Shown: positions 35,774-48,100 of the stretch, one piece after another
How the letters are laid out: every line of letters starts with the position of its first letter
Numbering within the stretch: position 1 is the first letter of the stretch
Source: Squalus acanthias
Lineage: Eukaryota
Direction of reading: 5' to 3'
NCBI GenBank assembly: GCA_030390025.1
Contig: CM059431.1
Coordinates: 125,490,001-125,554,000, forward strand
Length of the DNA stretch: 64,000 nt
Made by a program: the position numbers and the translations under genes
Notes under the pieces: generated by a model
The model's database searches: none
What the model saw: only the letters and a program-made list of their open reading frames with translations
What the model was told of the DNA's origin: nothing

Positions 35774-37300
35774 CATAAGTACATAAGAAATAGGAGCAAG
35801 AGTCGGCCATTTGGCCCTTCGAGCCTGCTCCGCCATTCAATAAGATCATGGCTGATCTTCTACCTCATCTCCATTTTCCTGCACTATCCCAATATCCCTT
35901 GATTCCCTTAATATCCAAAAATCTGACAATCTCTGTCTTGAATATACTCAACGACTGAGCCTCCACAGCCCTCTGGGGTAGAGAATTCCAAAGATTCACC
36001 ACCCTCTGAGTGAAGAAATTTCTCCTCATCTCAGTCCTAAATGACCGACCCCTTTTTCTGAGACTGTGACCCCTGGTTCTAGACTCCCAGCCAGGGGAAA
36101 CATCCTCCCTGCATCTAGCCTGTCAAGTCCTGTAAGAATTTTGTATGTTTCAATGAGATCGCCTCTCATTCTTCTAAACTCTAGAGAATATAGGCCCAGT
36201 CTACTCAATCTCTCCTCATAGGACAATCCCCCCAACCCAGGAACCAGTCTGGTGAACCTTCGTTGCACTCCCTCTATGGCAAGTATATCCTTCCTTAGGT
36301 AAGGAGACCGAAAGGGGAAAATTGGCTCACGCCCCCTTTGGGGCAATAACTTTGCCGGGGCGCTACCCCAAGCAGGAGGCGGAGCACTACTGGAAGCACT
36401 CCCCCTCCCTCTTGGGGCGCACCCATGGAATATCGCGGTGCTACGTGCAGCAGCGCCACTCACGCCGGCACGTAGCGCCGCGGTACGGCAGGTCTCTCTC
36501 CCCTGATTATTGTGGAGGGGTCTAGCACAGCGTGTACTGGGGCCCTGCTGGCCCACCAGAGAGTGGGGTGCTGGCAAAAGAGCCCGTCACTCGAGGGGAG
36601 TGCCGGGTTGACGAATCGCGGCCAGCACCCCACAGCAGGAGGCCACAGGGGGCAGGTGCTGGCAGGCAGCCCAAAAAAAAAGGCCGCCCAGCACCTGTCC
36701 TTTAATTATTGCCACCCCGGCCTCAAAAACGCCCCCCTGATCCCGTCGGACATAGCGTCTGGCAGTATGTCAGGGAGCGCGAGCCAAGTTTGCGGTCGGT
36801 GCGCGAGCGGGGCGCTGCACACGGCGATGACATCATTGGCGGATGCGCAGCGCCACCGGCGACTACTGCCGCTGGCGACTACCGCCGCCGCTAACCTCCC
36901 GCTGAATTTTGCTGGAGGCATTAGTGGCGCCGCACCCCATTAGCGCCCCCTCAGGGGGCTAACGGGAGGCGCAAAGCAACCAAATTTTCCCCCCCAAAAC
37001 TGTACAAAATACTCCAGGTGTGGTCTCACCAGGACCCTATATAATTGCAGTAAAACGTCTTTACTCTTACACTCAAATCCTCTTGTAATAAAGGCCAACA
37101 TTCCATTTGCTTTCCTAATTGCTTGCTGTACCTACATGTTAACTTTCAGTGATTCGTGTACAAGGACACCCAGGTCCCTCTGAACACCAACATTTCCCAG
37201 TCTCTCACCATTCAAAAAATACTCTGCTTTTCTATTTTTCCTACCAAAGTGGATAACTTCACATTTCTCCACATTATATTCCATTTGCCATGTTCTTGCC
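35774..37300 (-). mobile_element. CR1 3' portion interrupted by a MITE
   Basis: SPYLRKDILAIEGVQRRFTRLVPG...RRMRGDLIETY, and the 3' UTR at ~35774-35900. Confidence 0.9.
36314..36995 (-). mobile_element. GC-rich Harbinger MITE
   Basis: GGGGAAAATTGG / CCAAATTTTCCCC termini and TSD AAA. The right end matches the reverse complement of 634-695. Confidence 0.85.
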
Positions 37301-38279
37301 CTTCTTCATATTACAAACAAATTAAATTATTAAATATCCACCTTGTACAGTCACTAATAAAATAGACCGATATAATAAAAATATTTAACCTTTTGCACTT
37401 TTACATATTGTCAGTGACAGTTCATGGAAAGCCCCATTTCCAAAGAAGTTCGAACCATGCCAGCATATATTGGGGTTTATTTTGACTTTTCGGTGGCCAA
37501 CTGATGGAGCACGCTAGTCAGCCGCCCACCAGCGGTGAAGAGGTCCCCTCGATTTTGAGGCCCTGGTCTCATACAAATCTAGCTGGCAAGCTGCGGGCAG
37601 CTAAACAGGCATTCCAGTGCAGCTTGCCGGATTGAAGGCTCAAAATCTGGGTGGGGGGTCGCGATCATGGAGGGTGGTGGTCCCAGGGAGATAGCGGCCC
37701 AGATTATTCATGTGGGACCTGGAGGAGCGCTCCTCTTACTCTGGGACCTACAAAAAATAATTCAACACTTATCTTTGCCAGGCATCTTCGGTTCCATCAC
37801 CAATCAAAGTGTACACAATGCAGAATCTGACCAGTTCTAATGTAAAATGCCAATCGGGTTCTCTTTTATGTCATAGGACCCAGATTTCTAAATTAAAATA
37901 GGCCAATCACCTGAAACAGGCGGCCCCTTTGGACACCCGCAGGTAGGCCCCTTTAAAAATGGAGCCGGCCGCATCGCCGGTGTTAACAGGGCGGTAAAGC
38001 TACCAACCCTATTTTGAGGCCGTTACCACCCTGTTAACGCCAGACGAAGGCAATCAAAATCGACACAGTTTGTTGGTTCCATTTCTTCTCTTCACTGTTA
38101 AGCATGGAATAGATTTGAATTTTAAGTTCAAAATTAACTTGTGTATTTCATTGTTGAGGACAAATGTAAAATTAATTTTAAGATTTTTTTCAGTCCTGCT
38201 GTATTAAAATCATACTTTCATGTTTCCACGACTATCTGCTCCAAATTCCACTAACAAAGTGATGTTACATAGCTTTACA

Positions 38280-41200
38280 TAGAACCTACAGCCCAGAAAC
38301 AGGCCTTCACCCCAACTGGTATATGCCAATGTTTATACTCCACATGAGAATCTTCCCACTCCAATTACCTCTTCCCTCCTGCCACCATATCCCTCACTTC
38401 CCTTCACCCTCATTTATGCATCAAGCCTCCCCTTAAATGTGTCAATGTTAACTGCCTCAACCACACCATGTGGTAGCGAGTTCCACATTCTCACCACTCT
38501 CTATGTAAGGAAATTCCTCCTAAATGTTTATACCCCTTTGTTCTAGACTCACTCACAAGTGGAAACGGTTTTTCAACATCCACCCTGTCAAACCCCTTCA
38601 TAATTTTAAAGAGGTTGATCAAGTCTCCTCTCAGTCTTCTCTTTTCCAGCCTGCTCAATCTTTCCTGATGGTTGCATTCTTTCAATTCTGGTCACATTCT
38701 TGTAAATCTTTTCTTCACTTTCTCCAGTGCTTCAATATCCTTTTTTGTAGTACGAAGACCAGAATTGCGCAAAGTACTCCAAGTTTGGTCTAACCAAGAT
38801 TATATATTAATTTAGCATGCCCTCTCTGTATTCTATTCCTCAAGAAATGAACCCCAGTGCATCGTTTTTTACTCTTTACGGCCTTATCAACTTGTGTTGT
38901 TACTTTTAACGACTTATGGCCGGGAAATTCCTTACCTTGCCGCCGACTGTTAACGCCGTATTTCTTCCAAAAATGGCAGCCGTCTCGCTTCCGGTATGGG
39001 ACGTGGCCGCCGCCGTTCTGGAGAGGATGATAGCTCTGCCGTTGCCAGCACTGCCAGGAGGAAGCAGAAGAGGAAGAAGCAGAAGAGGAAGAAGGAGAAG
39101 AGGAAGAAGCGGAATGAAGGAGGCAACCCAGACAGTCCCTTTCTGGCCGGGATATCCAGGATCGAATCATCCGTCTGTGGTACCAGTGACCACAACCCCA
39201 ATTCCCCTTTCAACATTTGTCCCACACCTTACGTTCCCTCTGGAGCTGACCATTACAGTGTCCTCTTGGCCACAATGCTGAAATAAAAGCCACCACAAAG
39301 CAAACTTTCCAATCCAACTTTATCCATATATGCATCCAATATGACATCAAGAAATCAACTAATTACACTTATGCATTCTCTTAGTGACTGTCTTGTGTGT
39401 GCCTTTGCCTCTTCTACTGATGTCAAGTGCTACCCCAGTAGATGCAGCAAGGCTGGTGGAAGGCTGCTGACTTTCAGTTGGGGACACTGCAGATGGCCTT
39501 GCAGGTCGACCTCGAGGGGCTGGTGGCTGGGAGTGTCAAATCGAGTGACGGTGTTTCTTCTTCTTCCTCTTCTCCTCTCTCCCTCTCCCCCGCTTCCCCT
39601 CTGCTCCACACCACTGCACTGGCTGGGCAGGCTGGATTTCTTGGGTGTCTGAAATGAGAAAGGCATAAGGGTAGGGTTGTGGTGAGGGGAGGGCAGGAAA
39701 GCAAGAGCTGCATACACAGCTTGTACATCAGAAGATATTGTGGGAAGTGAGAAGGAGGATACCGTATGAGGATACCAGCATCTTGTATTCTTTCAGCCCC
39801 ACCGCTGGCCAAGGACTCAGTCATTCCCCTGCCAAGAATGGCCAGCACCGTCTCCTCCAAGGGAGTGAGGTGAAGTTTAGAATGTGAGGTATGCCCCATG
39901 TTTGGTAGAGATTGTTGGTAGGTGAGTGATGAGGGGTGGGGAGGGTGGGGGTGGGTCATGCATTCAGCAGTGTGTGAGGCTAGTTGTGCAGTTGATAGGA
40001 GATGGCTTTGGAAAATGCATTCACTGACCTTGACCACTGGTCTGAAGTCATGAATCTTCTTTGGGCACTGGAGCCTTGGTGATCTGGTCCCACATCCTTC
40101 TTCCTGGAGGGCTTCCTGGCCTCCTGTGGGTAGAGGACCTCTCTTCCACTTTTGACCCCCTGCACAAAGCTGGAATGCTGAATGTGAGACCCTGGGTGTC
40201 CCTTCCCTGGCCTGTTGAGCCATTTGTGTTAGTGCTGATGCACTTTTACCATGTTTTGCATGCAGAAGGCTGTTCAGCTTTAAGAGCTGAAGACTGCCTA
40301 TTTTGGAATGATTTTTAATTTTTTTGTCAGAAGGCAATTCTCCTTTAAGGGCTTGAGACTGCTTTCTAAAATGATAGCCTTGCTTTAAGAAAAGGCAGCT
40401 TAGTTCCAGGAACGCTACATTGGATCTCCTGCTGACTGCAAAGCCTGAAGCAGCACATTGGTTACTTGGCTGTGCGCTGAAATCATTCAAATCAGCAGAC
40501 AACACCAAAATAACAGTGCTGCCTGTGGTCTTTTTACGGGTGTGATCAAATCTCACCTCGCGGAGGCACCGCCCATTTTCGGGTCTTATCAGATTTCTAG
40601 GCCTATGTCTCAGTATTCCCTGATCAATTTGTTCCTCTTCCCCATTTAGTTTTCTTTTTACCTTACAAGGATTAAGTGCCTTTCTTATTCCTCCTACCAA
40701 AATGGACAACCTTACTCTTCACTATATTGAATTGCATTCGCCATTTATCTGCCCACTCAGCAACCCTGTTTACAGCTTCCTGTATTTTGGTGCCGATCTC
40801 CTCATTTTTAGCTCTACCCTCAAATTTGGTATTGTCTGCAAATTTCAACACCATACCTCCAATTTCTGAGTCCAAATTATTTTTGTGTATGGTGAACAAC
40901 AGTGATCCCAGCACGGATCCCTGTGGGACATCACTTCCCACTTTCTGCCAGTCTGAGAAACTTCCCTTAACTCCTACTCTGCTTTCAGTTTTGTAGCCGC
41001 CTTTCAATCCATTCTGCTACCTGACCCCTGACCCCACATGCCCTGACCTTTGTCTTGAGTCTCTTATATGGTAGCTTCTTGAAAATCTTCTGAAAATCTA
41101 TGCATATGACATCCACTGCATTGGCCTTGCCTACTCTTTTTGTTACTTCTTCAAAGAATTTAATAAGTTGTTTAATCATGATCCTCCTTTCAGAAATGCA

Positions 41201-41280
41201 TGCTGACTTTTTTTTATATTGTCCCTCTCTAGATGTTTTGTTAACTTTTAGTAAAGACTCTAGTATCTTTCCTACCACTG
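38280..41280 (-). mobile_element. Decayed CR1 split by a Harbinger derivative
   Basis: VPQGSVLGSLLF...KFADNTK at 40672-41007, and ORF2 C-terminal remnants at 38490-38900. Confidence 0.85.
38918..40603 (-). mobile_element. Non-autonomous Harbinger derivative related to 30694-32474
   Basis: TSD TAT. Termini GGCCGGGAAAT / ATTTCTAGGCC. Reads MAQQAREGTPR...LQCPKKIHDF. Confidence 0.85.
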
Positions 41281-42296
41281 AACTTAACTTCAAACCCTGT
41301 CCTGTCTTCAATCATGTTTCCATTATCCTTATTACGTCTATTTCCTCACTTCTAATTACTATCTCCAATGTCCCCCTTTTGTTGCTGATGCTCTGTACCT
41401 TGCTATACAGGCAATTTAATATGCTCTTATATTTCAATACACTTGTTTAATTTTTAGCAGGTTCTGTGGCATTGATTTCTGCTATTCCGACGTGACTCTC
41501 TACCTGGCATCATCTGTAGGGGATCTGTGGTATCCAGGAACAGTGAAGTCATCAAGCAGGCTGAGCAGCCAATAAGATTTAAGAATTCTCACAGACAGCA
41601 AACCTGGAAGTAAAAAGCACTGATTATCATTACTTTTTAATCATTTTGCAGAAAGTGAAATAAAGATTAGGATTACACGTGGGATTAAGGTAGAAACTTA
41701 AATATCATAAACAAACTTTAAAAAATAAAATAATTCATTTTTATTATTTAAAAAATTTAGGGAATTTTTATCATGGAATGGGGGAATGACACTCCACACT
41801 TATAAAATTAGATTTTCAGGGCCAGAGAAGGTGTTCAGCAGTAATTATGACATAGTACACTGTTAAAACACAGTTACACCTCATTCAACAAGGCTTAACT
41901 TTTTCAATATTTTTTACAGCGAGAATAGTCGTAAAAAGTTGAAGTTCACGTCAAATCACTGATTCTGTGTTGATTGCATCTACAAAGACTGCAACAGCTC
42001 ACTCTGTGGAGGAGCAGGGTATCACTGACATCAACTTCCGGATTTCCGTGTTTAGTTGTGCATGTGCAGACGCCAGAAGTTACTGTCGGTTTTGCACAGT
42101 AATGATGGCGAGCACTGACAGTTTCGCTGTCATTACAACTGCAAATTCTGGGCCATAAAGAATCAATGAAAAAAAACCAAGTGAGTTTAATGTGGGACGG
42201 GTTGAGCAACAAAGATAGAAAGCTTCATTCCAAGGAAGCATAAGTGAGTATATCTTGGGACATTTTATTACATAAAAGGTGCTATGTAAAGATATT

Positions 42297-43618
42297 GGGC
42301 CAAAAATTCGGCCCTTGCCAGGTGAGTACGCACTGTGTACTCACCCATAAGGCATCCTGAAGTGTTGGTTTCCTGCATGCACTGCTCATGTGCGGGAAAC
42401 TGGAACTTCCGGTCTCATGAAGGGAAAGTGCGAGGTTATCCACTTTGGCAGGAAAAATAAAAAAGCAAACTATTATTTAAATGGAGAGAGATTACAAAAT
42501 GCTACAGTTCAGAGGGACCTGGGGGTCCTTGCGCATGAAACACAAAAAGTTAGCATGCAGGTACAGCAAGTAATCAAAAAGGCAAATGGAATGTTGGCCT
42601 TTATTTCAAGGGGGTTGGAGTATAAAAGCAGGGAAGTCCTGCTACAACTGTACAGGGTATTGGTGAGACCACACCTTGAGTACTGCGTACAGTTTTGGTC
42701 TCCTTATTTAAGGAAGGATATACTTGCATTGGAGGCAGTTCAGAGAAGGTTGATTCCTGAGATGAAGGGGTTGTCTTATGAAGAAAGGTTGAGCAAGTTG
42801 GGCCTATACTCATTGGAATTTAGAAGAATGAGTGGTGAGCTTATTGAAGCATATAGGGCCAAAAATTTGGCCCTTGCTGGGTGAGTACGCACTGTGTACT
42901 CACCCGTAAGGCGTCCTGAAGTGCCGGTTTCCTGCATGCACTGCGCATGCGCAGGAAACTGGAACTTCCGGTCTCATGAAGGGAGCGGTTCATAGGTGAA
43001 CCGTGTGCGCGGTAGAGGCTGCGCGCACGCAGCAAACTTAGGTTTTTTTCAGGTTTCTACGGGAGGGTAAGTATTGAAGAACCTGCGCTTTTAAAAAGGA
43101 GGCGCAGGACCCGTTTTCAACAAGGTAAGTGGTTAATTAATTATAATTTAAACATTTTTTCAACAGGTTTATCTTTTTTAGATACTTTAAAGAAAGGTAA
43201 GTTTATTTTTAGCACTGTTAAAAAGTATTTTAATTTTTTCAAAAATTTTAATTTTTGTTTAAAGTAGTTAATTTATTTAACTTATAGTTATTTTATAAAT
43301 GTGATGGTTTTTAAAACATTTATTTTAAGTTTCGCTCTTCTTTTGGGGCCAATTTCAATTCATAGATTTGACAGGTCTTCCTGTCAAATCTATGAATGAA
43401 AGATGGTCTGCTGCCATTGGCTCTCCATGGCCCACGTGATCCCAGGGGACGCATCGCACTAACTGCACCCCGGGACACGCAAGCACTGCGCGCCGGCACT
43501 TGGAGCAGGCCCAGGAGCTGAAGTTCCCGTGGGCCCAGAGGTCAACGGCAGGTGCGGTAGGTAAGTGCGCGCACGATCCTTACCCCCGCGGCAAGCCAGA
43601 GAGGCGAATTTCAGGGCC
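42297..43618. mobile_element. Composite MITE: partial left end (42297-42425), CR1 fragment (~42422-42855) and complete MITE (42856-43618)
   Basis: 42297-42425 duplicates 42856-42985. ATT flanks both outer ends. The CR1 ORF2 peptide KCEVIHFGRKN...LEFRRM lies in between. Confidence 0.88.
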
Positions 43619-45189
43619 ATTGTCATGCAAGTAAAAAATTTTGGCTGTTAAAATGGAATAGAAGCAATGGACCATACAACAGAAAATGTACATGCTGCAA
43701 CCCATGTTGAACAGTGACCATACTTTGTTTCCTGCTATCAACAGTGTTCAAAAATATTAAATTCAGAAGGAACATATTTTAAGTAGCATTAAATTCATAG
43801 ATCATTTTTGTTTTGACAAACATCCTGTGCAGTTGATGAGGATCTACACAGAAGAGCACCATATGTTAGTAAGGCTGTTAATATTGTACAGGATTTGCAG
43901 AGACTTATGACTTAAGCTAAAATGGAAAAACAAAAAACCTTAATCATGATTATTCAATGCATGGTCATATATTGAAGAGTGTGGTCAAGAGAAAAGATCT
44001 GGGAGTAGTTATTGATCGGTTCTTGAAAACTTCCATAAGGTATATGACAGTGATCCACAAAATAGTGTTGAGATCCATCATTAAAAGCACTAAATACTAG
44101 TCAAAGGAAGTAGTATTGACTCTCTGTAACTCCTTGGTGAGATCTTGCTCAGAATATTATATCGCATTCTAGTCAGCTTACTTTAAAATGAACATTGATG
44201 AACTCAAGCGGTTAGAAAGCAAAGCCACAGGAGGATTTGAATGGTTTTATATTCTAAAGGTTGAGTGCTATTAGATATGATGCTAGTTATGATAGCATAA
44301 ATATTTCCCTAAAATCCATTTTCCTTTTTCCAGTAGTTTTAATACATCTAAATATGCTAATACTCACTGAATGGACTTTGTGCTGTAGTACCTAATTTAA
44401 CAGGCACTGCAAGAATTGTGATTTAAATGCAGTTTTCACTGTGTGGCAAGGTGATGATTTTGAGATATTGTATACTGTGTGTGAATAATTTCAAATTAAT
44501 TTCAGTCAGCAAAAAGTTAATCATGTAGACTGGGCTCCTATTCCACTGAAGTCCTAATCTACTACTTTATAAGTGATAACCAGGATATGATTAGCTTTAA
44601 CAAGTGTGTTAAGGCATTGCCACAGGCTTTTGGAGCCTAGACACCCTTCTAATTGCCAGCTTCAGATGGACACAGTTGAGTATGGGAAATATAATTCATT
44701 AAAATAGTAGCAGGTTAACTAAACAAACTTTTCTGTCAAATACTTTTCAACTGTTTCAAAGATTATAAAATCTATTCACAAACTATTAAATCTATTAGTC
44801 AATAAACTTGGCTTATTAGTAGCACATATGCCTCTGAGTTGGAAGGTCATGGCTTCAAGTCCCACTTCAGGACTTGAGTATATGTAGGTGATTTTCAGGT
44901 GTACGATTTTATCAAGCAAAAATTGGGCAGCACGAGCTCGCCGACTACTGATGGAATTGGTCTGAGGCCCGACCAATTTTCATGGTCACGTTTCATTTCC
45001 ATAATGACGGCAAGCTGCTCACACTTTTTGAGTAGCTCATAGATTGTAGAGGGATGAAATTCAGTGGCTACAGCATGAAACCCAACTGGTGTAAGTATGT
45101 TAAATATTGCCATCAGAGCTGAAGCACAAACAGAAGACTTCAGCGATGAGATGTGCTCTGATTCATCTTGTAGCATTCAATAAGGAATC

Positions 45190-48100
45190 CTTTGCGTGCA
45201 GGTCATCATCATCCATGTAATTCTGTCTTCAAAGCAGCTAGGACTGCCTCCCCAGCAATGTCCAAGTCCAGCCTTTTTGTATGGCCAACTTGTACAGGGC
45301 ACAGTAGACCACAACAATGCAGGACACACAAGCTGGAGCATACTGCAGAGCCCTCCCTGACCCATCTACATTGTGAGATGATCCTATTGATGACCACACT
45401 TGTAGAGCGCATGTGCTTCGTTGTAGCACTTAACTGCTGCTCGGAATACTCTTAGTGGGGCTATTATCCATGAGAGCTGGAGGTAGGTTTTGTCACCCAT
45501 AAACAATCCACTGACATGTTTTTCATCCCTGAAGAGGTCAGGGAGGGCTGAATATCAAAGTATGAATGTGTAGCAAAAATACATCTGATAAACGAAAGCT
45601 TGATATTAATTCGGCTCCAGCACGCTGCAGGAAAAGGACTCTTAAAATGGTTGAAGGACTGTTAAAAAGGATTGTTAATTGGCATGTCATAAAAGACCAC
45701 ATAGAAGAGGATAGTTCACCATAGCAACTTGACCATAGCAACAAGAACAGTTCCAGGATGGCCAGAGGTCATCTTAACTTGATTACATCATGGACACTGA
45801 GAGAAAACAAGTGAAGTGTCAATCAATCATGGGTTGTATTTCTAGGAACCTATTGTTGACAAGTCTTTTAAAAGCTGAGCAGAAGTTAAAGTGGGAGATA
45901 CGACTCCACCGCGACTGCTCCAACCTCACCTTTTTCCTCCTGGCAAAACCACCTCGCATAAAATCTTCATGATCAGTGTATAATAAATTACTGTTTTTTT
46001 ATAAAGCCATGGTTTTTGCCTGAACTTTCTTTAGGTGCCCATTAAGTTAAATATAAAATTAAACCATGTGGAGATAAAAAAGCATTTCCCCAAATTAAAG
46101 TGTAAAATCAGTCAGTTTTCACTCTATTGCTCCTACAAATACATTGTGACTACGTTCAGAATATCTAGTGTTGACATTTAGGGTCCTTTGCGTGTTTTCA
46201 CGCACAATCTGTACATTCATGGAGTGGAAGCTCTTCCTATTGAGGAAGTTGAGGAGAATTTCTGTAGGAGATCACGGAAGCGGCGGACCTGCGAGAGAGC
46301 AGCGACTGCGGGAGAAAACAAAGGTCGGTGATTTTCAGGCCCAGTCGAGCAGTGGGAGCGGAGGCAGAATTCGAGAGTGACGTCACAGTACAGAAAGTGA
46401 CGCCGGCACAGGGGAAGAAGCTGATTGGTGAGTGAGTACGTTTTTTTTCAATTTTAAGTTTATTTCTTTTAAGGTAGTTCATAGTTAAGGTAGTTCGGGA
46501 GAGCGAGAATCTGAGAGTTTAAATTTGAGGTAAGAGTTTTTTAATTAAAAGTATGGCAGGGGACCTCAGTCCCGTGCGTTGCACGGCCTGCAGCATGTGG
46601 GAATTCCTAGACGCTTCTTGCAGTCAGGATGACCACATGTGCAGTAAGTGCCAACGGTTTGGCCAACTTGAGATCCGGTTTTCGGAGCTCGAGCATCAGC
46701 TGGAGGCACTCTGGTGTATCCGTGAGGCTGAGAGTTACGTGGATAGCACGTTTTTAGACATGGTCACTCCGCAGCTTAAGAAAGTGCAGTCAGAGAGGGA
46801 ATGGGAGACCACCAGTCAGAAGAAGGGGGGCAGGCAGGTAGTCAGGAAAGCCCCAGAGTGCATCTCACTCAACAACCGTTTTTCTGTGTTGGAAAATGGT
46901 GAAAGTGACGGTTCCTCTGGGGAGTGCAGCCAGAGCCAAGTTCACGGCACTGTGGGTGGCTCAGCTGCACAAGGGGGGAGGAGCGAGAGTGGAAGGGCAA
47001 TAGCGGTAGGAGACACAATAGTGAGGGGTGCAGACAGGCGTTTCTGCGGCCGCAGACGTGACTCCAGGATGGTATGTTGCCTCCCTGGTGCCAGGGTCAA
47101 GGATGTCACTGAACGGCTGCAGGGCATTCTGAAGGGGGAGGGCGAACAGTCAGAGGTCATGGTTCACATCGGTAATAGGTAGTAGAAAGAGGGATGAGGT
47201 CCTGCAACAAGAATTTATGGAGCTAGGTAGCAGATTAAAAAGCAAGACCTCAAAGGTTGTAATCTCTGGATTACTCCCGGTGCCACGTGCTAGTGAGTAT
47301 AGGAATAGGAGGATAGAGCAGATGAAAGCGTGGCTAAAGAGTTGGTGCAGGAGGGAGGGCTTTAGTTTCCTGGATCACTGGGTCTGTTTCTGGGGAAGGT
47401 GGGACCTGTACAAGTCGGACGGGTTGCACCTGAACCAGAATGGGACCAATATCCTTGCGGGGAGGTTTGCTAGTGCTGTTGGGGGGGGTTTAAACTAACT
47501 TGGCAGGGGGATGGGGTTCGGAGTGGTGCTATAGTGTAGGGGGTGATGCATAGCCAAGTATAGAGGAAAAAACAAGTCAGTCTGAAAGGCAGAGCAAATA
47601 TGTAACGGCACAAGGGAGTACGGCAAGGCTGGATGGCATTTATTTTAATGCAAGGAGTCTTACGAGTAAGGCAGATGAATTGAAGGTGTTGATGAACACA
47701 TGGGAGTATGATATTGTTGCTATCACAGAGACATGGTTAAGGGAGGGGCAGGACTGTCAGCTCAATATTCCGGGGTATAGAGTCTTCAGGCGAGACAGAG
47801 GGGGGTGTAAAAGAGGAGGGGGTGTCACAATATTAATCAAGGAGTCAATTACTGCAGTAAGGAGGGATGATATCTTAGCAAGTTCCTCTAATGAGGCCAT
47901 ATGGGTAGAACTTAAAAACAAAAAGGGGGCAAGCACTTTGCTGGGAGAGTACTATAGGTCCCCAAACAGTCAGGGGCAGATAGAAGAACAGATATGTCAG
48001 CAAATCTCAGAGAAGTGTAGAAATAATAGGGTAATAATAGTAGGGGATTTCAACTTCCCTAATATTAACTGGGATAGTCAGAGTGTGAAAGGCTTAGAGG

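Noticed and set aside
39474..40709. 411-aa ORF as a novel gene
   Set aside because: It runs from CR1 sequence through intron and exon remnants of a Harbinger derivative in mixed original frames, so it is a chance open frame.
45585..46136. Intron or hAT element inside the old transposase
   Set aside because: Flanked by AAATACAT repeats but with no TIRs and no convincing frame-restoring splice sites, so left unclassified.
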